A stretch of DNA of 64,000 bases. Source: an uncultured cyanobacterium (GTDB lineage: Bacteria; Cyanobacteriota; Cyanobacteriia; Pseudanabaenales; Pseudanabaenaceae). Shown here piece after piece: positions 29,633 through 40,392 of the stretch (positions are counted from its first letter, which is position 1; each line of letters starts with the position of its first letter). Position numbers and translations under genes: made by a program. The notes beneath the pieces were generated by a model that saw only the letters and a program-made list of their open reading frames with translations, was not told where the DNA came from and searched no databases. The stretch lies in the NCBI GenBank assembly GCA_963703315.1, contig OY969811.1, positions 2,688,001 through 2,752,000 on the forward strand. The letters run 5' to 3'.

Positions 29633-32206
29633 TTAAGGAAAGAAATCCTTGAGAAAGAGAGATACTTCGGCGCGATCGCTAACATTAAAGAAGTCAAGGG
29701 GAACAACTCCATCCAAATGCCGACTGACGACACTAAAACCTTGTCTGGCGCGACGATAGTTGATGACTAGAGGACTATTAGCTGGTAAGGGCGATCGCCA
29801 CCAAGCATCAAAATTCGCAGCATTTGCCATGCGATCGCTCATTACCTTGACTGTTAAAGCAGCACGCTCATCAAGAAGATTACTGGTGGCAAAGACATAG
29901 GCGCGTTCTAATAACTTGTCTCGCAAGTTAGGATTTAACCAAGCGGAAATCACCATTTCTAGAGGAGTTTGGGGATTTTGCTTCACTGCTTGCAAGGCGT
30001 TAGTGTCATTGGCGATCGCCTTGGCAAGTAATATCGCTGTCGGATTTTTAGTTTGCTTGAGTTCAGCAATGGCATCAGGTTTACCAGTCCACCATCGCAA
30101 AATAGCAAGGTTCAGTGATTGATTGGAAGTCTTGCTATATATTTCCTCAAGCTTGGCAACTACCTGTGGATAAAGGGGTTGAAAAGTTGGTTCTGTCCAA
30201 ATGGGACTCGTAATAAAGATCGGATCATTAATTACCTCACGGGTCATCGCGGCGATCGCTTCAGGGGTTTTACCTTGACGCAATAAACTCACACCTAAAC
30301 CAAAATAGAGAGACCGCTTCAGAGGGACTAGTTCTAAACCACGACGGAAGTAGCTCTCAGCTTCTTGAGCAGCACTAGTTTCAGGCTGTCGAATACTTAG
30401 CCATGCGGCGGCATTATACACCGCCTCATTATTAGGATTTGTGGCGATCGCTTTTTTGATCCATGCTAAGCCATCTTTTTGCCATGCGGCGGACTGCGGT
30501 AAGTTGGGATAATTCAGGGCGAGATCCGCTAAGTTCCATCCTAATTGATAGGGATAGTAAGGCTCCCAAGGAGCTAGTTGATTAGCTAATTTGAGCCGAT
30601 CTTGAAACTTGTCAATGGAAGTGAGGGCTTCCGTGAGAGATTCCTGTTTATTGCGATCTTCCATCAAATTGCTTTTTGCCCTTGATAGATATAGGAATCC
30701 CACACTAGAGGCTTGCCAAGCGGTATTTACGGGAACTAGCCATGCGATCGCCGCGATTAAATAGACTGTGGCAACAATTGCTAACCAAAGGCGAGGCTGC
30801 TTTTGATAGCCCAAGGTAATCAATTGACGGGTATGGATTTGTCCGAGATAGGCAAGACTTGCGAAGATAATTACCAAGCCGCCGCTAATTGCAGGGACAT
30901 CAAGCTGATAGTCGGTAATTGCTAACAGACCATATCCCAGCAAACTACCGAATAAACCATAGGCGATCGCCTGATCCTGTGGATGCGTTTGCCAACTCTG
31001 AGATTTATGTAACTTGATAAATAAGGTAATGATCGCCATGAGCAAAAAGACAAAGGTAATCACTGCCCCGATTCCCAGTTCTGCCCAAAGATGCACGGGG
31101 GTGCTGTGCAACTGAAATAAAAGCTCCGCTTCACGTCCAGCCCATTGTGGACGATATTGCTGATAGAGCATCACGGCGGAACCTGCCCCTGCCCCAAAGA
31201 GCCAATGCTCCAAACCAATCCGCCAACCCGTATCTGCGGCGATCGCCCTGAATAATAGCTCTCCTGAGCCTTGAGCAGGATTAGCAAAACTTGTGAATAG
31301 TCCTGAAATCAGCGATCTCAACCGATTATTCGCCGCGATCAAAAATCCTAAAATGGCGATCGCCGCACTACTGCCCCAAAACACTAACCAGCGATTGCCA
31401 CGATTCCGTAACAGAGCGACAATGACTCCAAACAAAACAATGCCCCCTAGTCCCAGAAAGCCCCCCCGTGAACTGGTGGTATATAAATCGAGTAAACCTA
31501 AGCCGATCGCTGTCAGCCATAGTGATCGCCATATCCCCTGTTGAGCGATCGCTAAGCTAGCAAAAATTGGTAAAACCAACATCAAAAATCCTGCCACATA
31601 ATTTTGATGCCCCATCGGAGCCCAATTGCGGGATTGCAAATCGGAAAAGTCATAACTAAGATTCAGCCCCCATTGATTGAGCTTGGCAAAACTAGCTAAC
31701 TGGGGTAACCATGTTTGGGTCGTCCACAAAAATAAGCTTTCTAAAATTACAGCAAGTCCTAACAAGCCATGAAAACGCATGATTGGTAAGAGTGCCGATG
31801 TTTTTTCTACAGTTGGCTCCAGATATTCTCTAGTTTTGGGTTCTCTAGTCTGGGGTTCAACAACCTCCCTATGCAAAAAATTATTAGTTACATACAGCGC
31901 TATAAAATAACCGAATGCAGTTAGGGCATACCACATACCCTGATTGGGAAACCGTGAAAACATCGTCGATAAGCACAGCGTTACGAAGCCAGAGCCAATT
32001 GCCCAGTCAAAGCCATTACCCAATAGCAAAAATGGTTTATCGCGTCGCCATAAATTCAGTAACCCTGCGATCGCAAAACAGAGTAATCCCATTTGCCATA
32101 GCAATACCCAAGGGAAAGACACCATCTGGGTACTGCTATCGGGCAGTAATGTAAATAAGATATAGGCAGCAAAGCCTAACTGGACGATTAACCGACCTGT
32201 ACTCAT
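29633..32206 (-). CDS. O-antigen ligase (Wzy_C)-family membrane protein with C-terminal TPR-like region
   Basis: Many TM segments; GHQNYVAG, TSSRGG, HSTPVHLWAELG motifs. Confidence 0.8.
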   Translation of the reverse strand: MSTGRLIVQLGFAAYILFTLLPDSSTQMVSFPWVLLWQMGLLCFAIAGLLNLWRRDKPFLLLGNGFDWAIGSGFVTLCLSTMFSRFPNQGMWYALTAFGYFIALYVTNNFLHREVVEPQTREPKTREYLEPTVEKTSALLPIMRFHGLLGLAVILESLFLWTTQTWLPQLASFAKLNQWGLNLSYDFSDLQSRNWAPMGHQNYVAGFLMLVLPIFASLAIAQQGIWRSLWLTAIGLGLLDLYTTSSRGGFLGLGGIVLFGVIVALLRNRGNRWLVFWGSSAAIAILGFLIAANNRLRSLISGLFTSFANPAQGSGELLFRAIAADTGWRIGLEHWLFGAGAGSAVMLYQQYRPQWAGREAELLFQLHSTPVHLWAELGIGAVITFVFLLMAIITLFIKLHKSQSWQTHPQDQAIAYGLFGSLLGYGLLAITDYQLDVPAISGGLVIIFASLAYLGQIHTRQLITLGYQKQPRLWLAIVATVYLIAAIAWLVPVNTAWQASSVGFLYLSRAKSNLMEDRNKQESLTEALTSIDKFQDRLKLANQLAPWEPYYPYQLGWNLADLALNYPNLPQSAAWQKDGLAWIKKAIATNPNNEAVYNAAAWLSIRQPETSAAQEAESYFRRGLELVPLKRSLYFGLGVSLLRQGKTPEAIAAMTREVINDPIFITSPIWTEPTFQPLYPQVVAKLEEIYSKTSNQSLNLAILRWWTGKPDAIAELKQTKNPTAILLAKAIANDTNALQAVKQNPQTPLEMVISAWLNPNLRDKLLERAYVFATSNLLDERAALTVKVMSDRMANAANFDAWWRSPLPANSPLVINYRRARQGFSVVSRHLDGVVPLDFFNVSDRAEVSLFLKDFFP

Positions 32207-32337
32207 GAAAATAGTTAATAGTTCTGCGATTTAATTTGTTATGGCGCGTCTTTGCAGTGCCATAACAAATCTGGTTCCTTATTTTACTCATCTTTAACCA
32301 AATGTATAGCTGTAGTCAGTTATGTTAGGACAAAACC

Positions 32338-32390
32338 AAAACCCAAAAGAGAGTTGCGGCGCTTTGCGCCGCAACTCTCTTTTGGGTTTT
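32338..32390. repeat. Intergenic long-hairpin repeat (25-bp stem)
   Basis: Perfect inverted repeat around GCGGCGC-TTT-GCGCCGC. Confidence 0.85.
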
Positions 32391-32525
32391 ATGTCTTAAC
32401 TTGCTTGGCTATGGCTATATCAAAAAGATGAGTGACGGTGCTTTGCGGCGCAAAGCACCTTTCTGTGATAGTGCTAAAAACCATAAATAAAGATATTATG
32501 GCGATCGCTTATATTGCCGTAGCTT

Positions 32526-33692
32526 ATGAATGAGGTTCCATCATTTTCTGATTCCAGTAAAAAGCTAGAATTTGAGGCGATTGTGACAGCAATGCTCTCA
32601 AGTACTAGTCCAGAGGATCTATTAAAAATTTTTTTAACTAGTTTAGGGGAACATCTAGATGTTAGTCGTGCTGCAATCTATCAGTTTACTAGTCGATCAG
32701 AAGGAATTGTTTTAGTCGAAGCGATCGCTCCCGATGTTCAGAGCATTAAAAATCAAAAATATCCAATTAGCTATTTTGGGATCGATGCGCTCCACAACTA
32801 TCCTCATAATCGACCGATCATTTTGTCAGATATTGCCCAAATCACTGAGACTTTGATCGTCCATCAACGTTGGCAAAAAGCAGAGGTTAAAGCAATGATC
32901 TCTGCACCAATTTTATTTGATTCATTAAATCCAGTTGATCAACTTTGGGGATTAGCCTTTGTGCAGAAATGCGATCGCCCAAAAGAATGGCAACCACAAG
33001 AAGCTGATTTTCTATTCAACTTAACTCAAGTTTTAGGTGGATGTTTACAGTCTTGGGAGTTAAAGTTGCGATCGCCCACAAATCAGAAAATTATTAAAAG
33101 CGAAGTAACGGATCAGGAGGAATTTATTGCTAAAAGAATAGAACTATCTGAGGATTTAGCAGCGATCGCTTCAGTACCACTAGATTTAATTTTAGAAGAT
33201 ATCGCCAGCAAAAGTAACTTTATCCTCTCTGATGATGAAGAGAATGAATTGCTAAATAGAATCTACATCAAGGATAGTGAAGATTCGATTAATCAGGCTA
33301 TTCATCTAGCAATGCAAAGACTGGATCAAAAAGTACAACAGATACCTAGTCCTTATGCTGGTTCTTTGATCGAAGTTGACGATGCTCAAAATATTTATGG
33401 TGTTGATCTAGAATCAAGCACCCTAGAAGATATTCTAGAAAATTGTACTCAAGATCAAGCCCAGTCAAAAGTTGAGTATTTACATCAAAGAGTTGGTGAA
33501 TTAGTCGAAAATTTACAACAAAGACTAGAAGAAATTGCTGTGCTTCAGAGCCAAATTCAGGAGTTAACGCGATCGCAACAAGAATTTCGTCAAATATTGC
33601 TAGATTTACAATCCGAAAACTTAACCCAAAATATTAGAGCAACAGTTGTGGAAATGTATCAATCGCTTTTGTCTAAGGATTCTGCGATTTGA
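32526..33692 (+). CDS. GAF domain protein with C-terminal coiled coil
   Basis: LDVSRAAIYQF, LWGL...QKCD.P.EW; acidic and coiled-coil tail. Confidence 0.75.
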   Translation: MNEVPSFSDSSKKLEFEAIVTAMLSSTSPEDLLKIFLTSLGEHLDVSRAAIYQFTSRSEGIVLVEAIAPDVQSIKNQKYPISYFGIDALHNYPHNRPIILSDIAQITETLIVHQRWQKAEVKAMISAPILFDSLNPVDQLWGLAFVQKCDRPKEWQPQEADFLFNLTQVLGGCLQSWELKLRSPTNQKIIKSEVTDQEEFIAKRIELSEDLAAIASVPLDLILEDIASKSNFILSDDEENELLNRIYIKDSEDSINQAIHLAMQRLDQKVQQIPSPYAGSLIEVDDAQNIYGVDLESSTLEDILENCTQDQAQSKVEYLHQRVGELVENLQQRLEEIAVLQSQIQELTRSQQEFRQILLDLQSENLTQNIRATVVEMYQSLLSKDSAI

Positions 33693-33714
33693 TTTTTGTT
33701 TAAGAAGTAAACTT

Positions 33715-33765
33715 AAAACCAGAGCTTGTGCCGCCCGCGTAGCGGGCGGCACAAGCTCTGGTTTT
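33715..33765. repeat. Intergenic long-hairpin repeat (24-bp stem, GTA loop)
   Basis: Perfect inverted repeat. Confidence 0.8.
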
Positions 33766-33782
33766 GTTTTTTAGCTACTTAG

Positions 33783-33980
33783 TTAATCACGAGTTACAAC
33801 AGCTTCTACATGAGCAACTTGCTTTGTCAAATTGGTGCTTGTATCAACTTGGCTTTGTACTGCGGCGATCGCCCAACGTAATGGTTCACCATGTTTTGCT
33901 AGTTCCTGCTCAACGGTTTTCGCGATCGCCTCTTGATTCTCATTAATCTCAATTTCCGCATTAATAAAATGTGTAGTCAT
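33783..33980 (-). CDS. Conserved small cyanobacterial hypothetical protein
   Basis: MTTHFI.AEI...GEPLRWAI...A.VEAVVT. Confidence 0.7.
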   Translation of the reverse strand: MTTHFINAEIEINENQEAIAKTVEQELAKHGEPLRWAIAAVQSQVDTSTNLTKQVAHVEAVVTRD

Positions 33981-34139
33981 GATGGTTCTGTCCCTATTAA
34001 CAAATATTTTGTTAATAGCTGGGCGTAAACCCCAAAACCTGTGGCACATCTGCGCCACAGGTTTTGGCTTTGGTTTTTAATTATGTCCAGCTACTTAAGT
34101 AGGATTGTATAGCAATCCTATTGCCTTCCCACTAAAAAT

Positions 34140-34290
34140 TAGGACTTACGCAAACCAACCAAGAACTAAAGTTCTTGGCTCAAAGCTAAAGTCAGCTAAA
34201 GCGGACTAAAAAGCGCCCTCCGATCAACCCGTTTCAACGGGTTTAAGCTTTCAGCCCGTAATTTATTACAGGGCTATTGCGTAAGTCCTA
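34140..34290. mobile_element. MITE-like element with TAGGACTTACGCA terminal inverted repeats
   Basis: TAGGACTTACGCA...TGCGTAAGTCCTA; internal short palindromes. Confidence 0.7.
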
Positions 34291-34344
34291 AAAATAATAG
34301 GTATAGCGTGGCTAAGCCGCACTATACCTATTATTTTTAGTTTA

Positions 34345-36459
34345 TTAAGCAGCAACAGCAACAGGACTATCGAGCTTCTTCAATTGCTGAACTAGTAAGC
34401 TGAGGAATAGACCAACATCAGTAACTACGCCAACGGACTCAACTGACCCACGATCTGAGAGTTTGGTCACCACCGCAGGATTGATATCCACACAAACCAT
34501 CTTCACACCTGCGGGAGTCATGTTACCCACACCGATAGAATGCAGCATGGACGACAGCATCAAAATCATGTCAGCGCCGCGAATTTGTTCACTGTATAGG
34601 CGTTGTGCTTCCAATAAATCCATTACAGTGTCAGGCAAAGGTCCATCATCACGAATGGAACCAGCAAGGACAAAGGGAATATCATTCTTAACACATTCGT
34701 ACATTACACCAGTCTTCACAAAACCAGCTTCAACTGCTTTGTGGATGCTGCCATAGCGACGCACTGAATTAATCACTTTTAGGTGATGGCGATGTCCACC
34801 TTTGACGCTGATACCACGCTTGAGATCGACACCGAGGGAAGTTCCCATTGAAGACTGTTCCATGTCGTGAACGGCGATCGCATTACCACCAAGCATCGAC
34901 TGCACATAGCCTTCACGAATCAAGTAAGCTAAATGAGGCGCACCGCCAGTATGCACAACTACGGGACCACAGGAGACAACTAACTTGCCGCCGCGATCGC
35001 GAATTTGGCGAAGTTCCCATGCGATTTGCTCGACCACGAGTTCGACGCGACGTTCGCTAGATACACCAGCACCCATGAAGGAAAATTCTTCTTTCTTGAC
35101 ATTATCTCGTGCCTCAGGTTTACGCACAGTCCGCACACCATCGTAACCAACTACCACGCGATCGCCAACAACGAGATCACGTAAAAGCTTGCAGGTAGCA
35201 GTTTTGCCATCGGGACTAATGGCGATCGCGGCATCCATACGCTGATTAGTACAACGAATCCACTCGCCATCCACACAGGCATCGGTAGGATAAATTGTGG
35301 ATACATAGAAGTCATCGGGAGCGACTCCATCTTGCAAGACTGGCTCAAGATTGGCAGCACAAGTATCACGATCTTGTAATACTGCACCAATCTCAATCAG
35401 TTCACCCATGATTGTTTCCATGAGGTCATGGGATGGAGCCGAAATCCGAATCCGTGCTAAAGATGTACTTTGTCTCTGCTCACCAAGATTAAACTCTAAT
35501 ACTTGGAAACTACCACCGTTATCGGTTACCAAATCAAGAGCGCGATTAATAATGCCAGAATCAAGCAAATGTCCTGTTAATTCGACAATTCTTGCTTCGA
35601 CTCCACCTAGCTCAATAGCTTGATCGCTTTCTGCGGCAATAGGAACTTCAATGGTTCTTAGAGTTAAGCATTTTGCTGCGCCACCTGCTTTTAGGAACTC
35701 AGTTAAAGGAGTTTCAATTACATTAAAACCCGCATTAGTAATGCGTTGTTTTAAGCGATCGCTGATTTTGTTCATCACCACATTGCGATCGACGTTGACC
35801 GCATTACAGGCAAAATTCACCGCATCGGCTTCTTCAATGGCAATGCGCTTTTCCGCAGGAACCCGCATCTCAATCAAGCGATTAGAATAGGAATCAAAGG
35901 CAGGTGGATAGTAGAGTAAATAGCCGCCTGTTAAAGGACAGAAACAGGTGTCGAGGTGATAAAAGCGATTGTCAATTAAGCGTAGTGAGAGAACTTCAAC
36001 ATCTAACCATTTAGCCAAATAGGGATGGGCATCCAACTCAGAACGGAAGCCATAGCCTGCCCATAGCCAACCGCCACTGCGATCGAATAAAGCGTCACCC
36101 GCACCTTCAAAGGGTAAATCCTTGGGTAGTTCATACACTGTAAAGCCCTTCGACTCAAACCATGCTTTGAAATATGGCTCTTCACCCTGACGTTCTTTGT
36201 GTAAAAAACGGCTCAATACAGCTTTGTCGCCTAATACCAATCCAGCATTAGCAGTAAATACCATGTCTGGCCAGCCCTTTGCAGGTGTCACTAGTTCAAC
36301 ATTGACTAAACCCTTAAGGACTCCATACAGTTTTTGCCATTGCTCGACAGCGCGATCGCGGCTTGATTTGTGAACGTTGCCCTCCATCCAAGGATTGATC
36401 ACATAGTCTACGTCGTAGTGATCGGGGGCGCACATCAGATAATTCAGTTGGGCAGTCAT
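34345..36459 (-). CDS. argZ: Arginine dihydrolase ArgZ/AgrE
   Basis: Amidinotransferase-like N-terminal domain (INPWM, FEGAGD, YHLDTCF, GAAKCL) fused to a LOR/SDH-like C-terminal part; start at ATG 36459. Confidence 0.9.
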   Translation of the reverse strand: MTAQLNYLMCAPDHYDVDYVINPWMEGNVHKSSRDRAVEQWQKLYGVLKGLVNVELVTPAKGWPDMVFTANAGLVLGDKAVLSRFLHKERQGEEPYFKAWFESKGFTVYELPKDLPFEGAGDALFDRSGGWLWAGYGFRSELDAHPYLAKWLDVEVLSLRLIDNRFYHLDTCFCPLTGGYLLYYPPAFDSYSNRLIEMRVPAEKRIAIEEADAVNFACNAVNVDRNVVMNKISDRLKQRITNAGFNVIETPLTEFLKAGGAAKCLTLRTIEVPIAAESDQAIELGGVEARIVELTGHLLDSGIINRALDLVTDNGGSFQVLEFNLGEQRQSTSLARIRISAPSHDLMETIMGELIEIGAVLQDRDTCAANLEPVLQDGVAPDDFYVSTIYPTDACVDGEWIRCTNQRMDAAIAISPDGKTATCKLLRDLVVGDRVVVGYDGVRTVRKPEARDNVKKEEFSFMGAGVSSERRVELVVEQIAWELRQIRDRGGKLVVSCGPVVVHTGGAPHLAYLIREGYVQSMLGGNAIAVHDMEQSSMGTSLGVDLKRGISVKGGHRHHLKVINSVRRYGSIHKAVEAGFVKTGVMYECVKNDIPFVLAGSIRDDGPLPDTVMDLLEAQRLYSEQIRGADMILMLSSMLHSIGVGNMTPAGVKMVCVDINPAVVTKLSDRGSVESVGVVTDVGLFLSLLVQQLKKLDSPVAVAA

Positions 36460-36663
36460 AAATAAGATTAAATAATTAGGAGAGAACGCAAAATTTGGTA
36501 CATCCATACTGGCAGCCACCAAAACTTGCCAAACAATTGTTAAGCTGCCAATCTCTAATCATACCGAATGCTTCATGCTGTAATCCCTTGCAAAAGTTAT
36601 CGTCTCTTGATAATTGTCACTCCTCACTGTTGGGAAATGTCTTAAAAAATTTTCTAAAAACCC

Positions 36664-36692
36664 TTGCAAATATAGATGAATTGGTATAGATT
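36664..36692 (+). promoter_or_regulatory. Sigma70-type promoter of the GEMM-like RNA
   Basis: TTGCAA-N17-TAGATT. Confidence 0.6.
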
Positions 36693-36731
36693 ACTAGCAG
36701 ACCCATCCTATTCCCCCCCGTGTGGGTCTAG

Positions 36732-36836
36732 TATCCCCGAAATGGCAATTACTTCCGAAAGGGGTAAGCGCAAATCAGTAGACCTAGAGCTATCCGCTAC
36801 ACATACGGTATGGTGGCTACTGATGCCGAAGGGATA
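36732..36836 (+). ncRNA. c-di-GMP-I (GEMM-I)-like aptamer
   Basis: GGCAA-TTACTTCC-GAAA-GGGGTAA-GCGCAAA, TCAGTA/TACTGA stem, GATGCCGAA, closing TATCCC/GGGATA. Confidence 0.72.
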
Positions 36837-36860
36837 TTTTGTATTCTTACAACTAAATAA

Positions 36861-36894
36861 AAAAGAAAGCTCGCATTGCGAGCCTTCTTTTTTT
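36861..36894. terminator. Bidirectional terminator
   Basis: A-run, GCTCGCA-T-TGCGAGC, then CTTC and a T-run. Confidence 0.75.
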
Positions 36895-36923
36895 GTAGCA
36901 AAGTTTCGCACAGCGAATCCTTA

Positions 36924-37907
36924 TTAGCCGCCAATTTGTGACATGGTACGAAAATAGCTTTTTTGATCACCTATGCCGCGATCGCGTTCTTTAAAATTAA
37001 TTTCGTCTTTGAGATTTAGCAAATCCCTAACCGCTATCCGTAACTCCGCAAAACTTTTGTCTTGACGCAGTAATGTCTTGAGATTAATTTGTCCAGACTC
37101 ATTTAATAGGCAAGGGCGCAGCAAGCCATCTGCCGATAAACGCATCCGATTACAGCGATCGCAAAAACACTCCGACATTTGACTAATAAACCCTAAAGTC
37201 CCCTTGGCATTAGGAATCTGAAATACATCGGCGGGACCATTACCTTTGCAATTGCTAGCTTGTAAGCCATAGCGATCTCCTATGTGTTGGCGTAGGGTTG
37301 CCGAGTCCACCCAACCTTTATGGGTAAACAAACTGTCATTACCAATTGGCATAAATTCAATAAACCTGATATGCCAACGGCGATCGATGCTGAGGGCAGC
37401 TAAATCTAATATTTCGCGATCGTTTACATCTGGCACAACCACCACATTTAACTTCAGAGGATCAAACCCCACCTCGTAAGCCGCTAAAATTCCCGCCCAT
37501 ACTTTTTCCCAGAGATTACGCCCTGTAATTTGCCGAAACACATCGCGATCGAGGGAGTCAAGACTGATATTAATACGCCGTAAACCTGCCTCGTATAAAG
37601 GCTTTGCTAAATCATCTAGCAAAAAACCATTAGTCGTCATTGATAAATCTGTGACCCCTTGTAAATTGGCGATCGCCTCTACTAAGCTCACCAAATCCCG
37701 CCGCAATAAAGGCTCGCCCCCTGTCAACCGAAACTTTTTAAAACCCAGTGGAATAAATACCTCTTTTAATAGGGTAATTAGTTCGGTATTGGTGAGACTC
37801 TCCTGAGCCTGAATATAATTGACTTCTGAGCCTTCGGGCATACAGTAAGTGCAGCGAAAATTGCAGCGATCGATCAAACTGATGCGAAGGTAGTCAACAG
37901 TATTCAC
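36924..37907 (-). CDS. moaA: GTP 3',8-cyclase
   Basis: YLRISL.DRCNFRC.YC, C..CNR.RL...G...PCL, MSQIGG. Confidence 0.96.
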   Translation of the reverse strand: MNTVDYLRISLIDRCNFRCTYCMPEGSEVNYIQAQESLTNTELITLLKEVFIPLGFKKFRLTGGEPLLRRDLVSLVEAIANLQGVTDLSMTTNGFLLDDLAKPLYEAGLRRINISLDSLDRDVFRQITGRNLWEKVWAGILAAYEVGFDPLKLNVVVVPDVNDREILDLAALSIDRRWHIRFIEFMPIGNDSLFTHKGWVDSATLRQHIGDRYGLQASNCKGNGPADVFQIPNAKGTLGFISQMSECFCDRCNRMRLSADGLLRPCLLNESGQINLKTLLRQDKSFAELRIAVRDLLNLKDEINFKERDRGIGDQKSYFRTMSQIGG

Positions 37908-38077
37908 AGATTTTTTCCCTTATGACGTTCATGGCAGAAAGTGGATTATGTCACCGAGTGGTTACAATCACTTTTCTCAGTTTTAAGTTGTAGCGTAAAG
38001 CACTATAACTAATTTTCTGAGTTTTGATTTGTCCTAGCTATATGATAGAAAAATAATTGATCAAGATGTGTTAAACC

Positions 38078-38998
38078 ATGACCTTACAGTACGCCTATAT
38101 ACGCGGAGCATTTGTCCCTCTCGAAGATGCCACAATTAATGTCCGCACCCATGCATTTCTATATGGTACGGCTGTTTTTGAAGGGATTAAGGCGTATTGG
38201 CTACCTGAAGAAAATCGCCTTGCAGCGTTTCGTCTAAAAGAGCATTATCAACGCTTAATCCAAAGCTGTCGTATTATCGGGCTGCAACCTCCTCTAGATG
38301 TTGACGCAATGATAAACCTGACTACAGAGTTATTACAGCGCAATCAATGCAATTCAGCCACTTATCTGCGTCCGATTATTTACAAATCTGATCTCCGTAT
38401 TGGACCGATTCTCAAAGTTCCCCACACCCACGATGATTTCTGTTTGTTCAGCTTACCGATGGATGGCTACCTCGATACTAACAATGGCATCAAAGTCGGT
38501 GTATCTTCATGGCGACGTTTAGATGACAATGCAATTCCTGCTAGAGCCAAAGTGAATGGTGCTTATGTAAATACGGCTCTTGCAAAAACCGATGGCTATG
38601 CTTCTGGTTTCGATGATGTGATTGTCTTGACCAATGACGGTCATGTTGCAGAAGGAAGCGCGATGAATCTCTTTTTAGTAAGAGATGGAAAACTGATCAC
38701 TAGTTCAGTTACTGACAATATTCTCGAAGGAATCACCCGTAATTCAATTGTTGAGCTAGCCGCAAAAGAATTGGGAGTCGAAACGGTATCTCGCACTATT
38801 GACCGCACTGAGCTATATATTGCTGATGAAGCATTTTTTGTAGGTACTGCTGCTGAAGTTACACCCATTGTGAGTGTCGATCATCGTCCTGTTGGTGATG
38901 GACTAGTTGGAGAAATCACAGGCAAACTCCGTGACTTATACAGCAAAACCGTTCAAGGTCTCTTGCCCGATTATCACCACTGGCTAACTAAAGTCTAA
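38078..38998 (+). CDS. ilvE: Branched-chain amino acid aminotransferase
   Basis: YGTAVFEGIK, EGSAMNLF, ILEGITR, EAFFVGTAAEVTP. Confidence 0.92.
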   Translation: MTLQYAYIRGAFVPLEDATINVRTHAFLYGTAVFEGIKAYWLPEENRLAAFRLKEHYQRLIQSCRIIGLQPPLDVDAMINLTTELLQRNQCNSATYLRPIIYKSDLRIGPILKVPHTHDDFCLFSLPMDGYLDTNNGIKVGVSSWRRLDDNAIPARAKVNGAYVNTALAKTDGYASGFDDVIVLTNDGHVAEGSAMNLFLVRDGKLITSSVTDNILEGITRNSIVELAAKELGVETVSRTIDRTELYIADEAFFVGTAAEVTPIVSVDHRPVGDGLVGEITGKLRDLYSKTVQGLLPDYHHWLTKV

Positions 38999-39089
38999 TA
39001 CCAAAGCTAAAAATGGCGTTGCCATTTTTAGCTTTGAAAAACCTTACTGGGTTTAGTTTTTAATTGCCAAGAGTTAGTTAGTACAAACA

Positions 39090-39144
39090 CAAAACCAGAA
39101 AGAGAGTTGCAGCGCTCCGCGCCGCAACTCTCTTTCTGGTTTTG
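39090..39144. repeat. Intergenic long-hairpin repeat
   Basis: Same flanks as 11532 copy (TTAGTACAAACA...CCTAAGCAAAACTTTTT). Confidence 0.8.
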
Positions 39145-39248
39145 TATCCTAAGCAAAACTTTTTTTGCTATAACTCATGTTCGTGTTTTGTTCTCTGCTA
39201 ATTACTTGCGGGGAACAAAACCTAGAAATAATTCAGTTTGCAAACATT

Positions 39249-40160
39249 CTACAAACATTTCCATCCCCAATCTTTAATTCGTTCAGTTGCGCGTTCAGCA
39301 TTTAAAGTAGCAAGATAATTGGGTGGTTCCCATGGATGAATTAGATTCTTACTTGGAGATTCAAGTATTGGTCTCCAGAAGCTCTTCCAGATTCGGAATA
39401 TAGTATATCCATTTGATTCTAAAAAATCAGTTAATGGACTGGGGTAACTGTTATGTTCTTCAAATATGATATCGCGAACGTGATGTTTACAAATTAAATT
39501 TCCAGCACCTTGCAAAACTTCTAGTTCATGTCCTTCTACATCAATTTTTAATACCCCTACATTATTTTTTTCTTTTTCTAAAAAGTTGTCTAACCGCTCA
39601 ATGTTAACAACACAAGCCTCCTTACTATTAGCTTGAATATTCACGACTTTTTGACTTGTATCAATAAAGACTTCACCTCTATTTTTAGGTGTTAAATTTA
39701 AAACTCCATTACCAGAGTAATTGGAAAGAGCAATCTGTTGAGGACTAATGTTGTCATATCCTTTAATTTTCCAGCTTTCTATATTAATGGTCAGTTCTTT
39801 ATAAACTTCTGGATTGGGTTCAAAACACCATACTCTACCTGTTTTACCAACTTTTACAGACATAATACTGGTGACATAACCAATATTTGCCCCAATGTCT
39901 ATAGCAGTTTCACCTATTTCAATTAATCTCCAAATTACCTCAGTTAAAACTAAATCATAAATTCCATATATTGAAATTGCTTTTAAAAGAGAGTCATTTG
40001 TAAATATTGGTATTTTTATCGACAATTGCCAAGGTAAAATAATTTCTTGAAACTTATTGGTTGAACTAGAATTTCGTCCAAATAATCTGTGATAGATTTG
40101 CCACGGTCTAAAGATATATTCTGGTCTATTGATGTAGTGCTTTAGATTTTGAATTTTCAT
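39249..40160 (-). CDS. FkbM family methyltransferase
   Basis: IDIGANIG, FEPNP, KIDVEGHE; AT-rich. Confidence 0.9.
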   Translation of the reverse strand: MKIQNLKHYINRPEYIFRPWQIYHRLFGRNSSSTNKFQEIILPWQLSIKIPIFTNDSLLKAISIYGIYDLVLTEVIWRLIEIGETAIDIGANIGYVTSIMSVKVGKTGRVWCFEPNPEVYKELTINIESWKIKGYDNISPQQIALSNYSGNGVLNLTPKNRGEVFIDTSQKVVNIQANSKEACVVNIERLDNFLEKEKNNVGVLKIDVEGHELEVLQGAGNLICKHHVRDIIFEEHNSYPSPLTDFLESNGYTIFRIWKSFWRPILESPSKNLIHPWEPPNYLATLNAERATERIKDWGWKCL

Positions 40161-40392
40161 TAATGTGAGTTCGGGTTAAGAAATAGGGTATATAGCATTT
40201 TTCAAGCAAGCGAGGTATAGAGAATTGGTTCACCGCCTTTGGCGGTAAACCAATTCTCTATACCAGATGCTAAAGCGCTATGTTAGTAAATATAAATAAT
40301 GATGGCGTGTAGCGCCATCAATTTTGTAATGAAGCAGATGATTGAGATACACTTGTAGACTGTTATTGATTAAAAATAATAAGCAAAGCTTT

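Noticed and set aside
36700..36890. 6S RNA, tmRNA or tRNA
   Set aside because: No matching motifs recognised; the GEMM-like fold explains the sequence better
36676..36927. 83 aa ORF (+) and 67 aa ORF (-) over the GEMM-like RNA
   Set aside because: The + ORF starts within the predicted promoter and crosses the terminator; neither resembles a known protein
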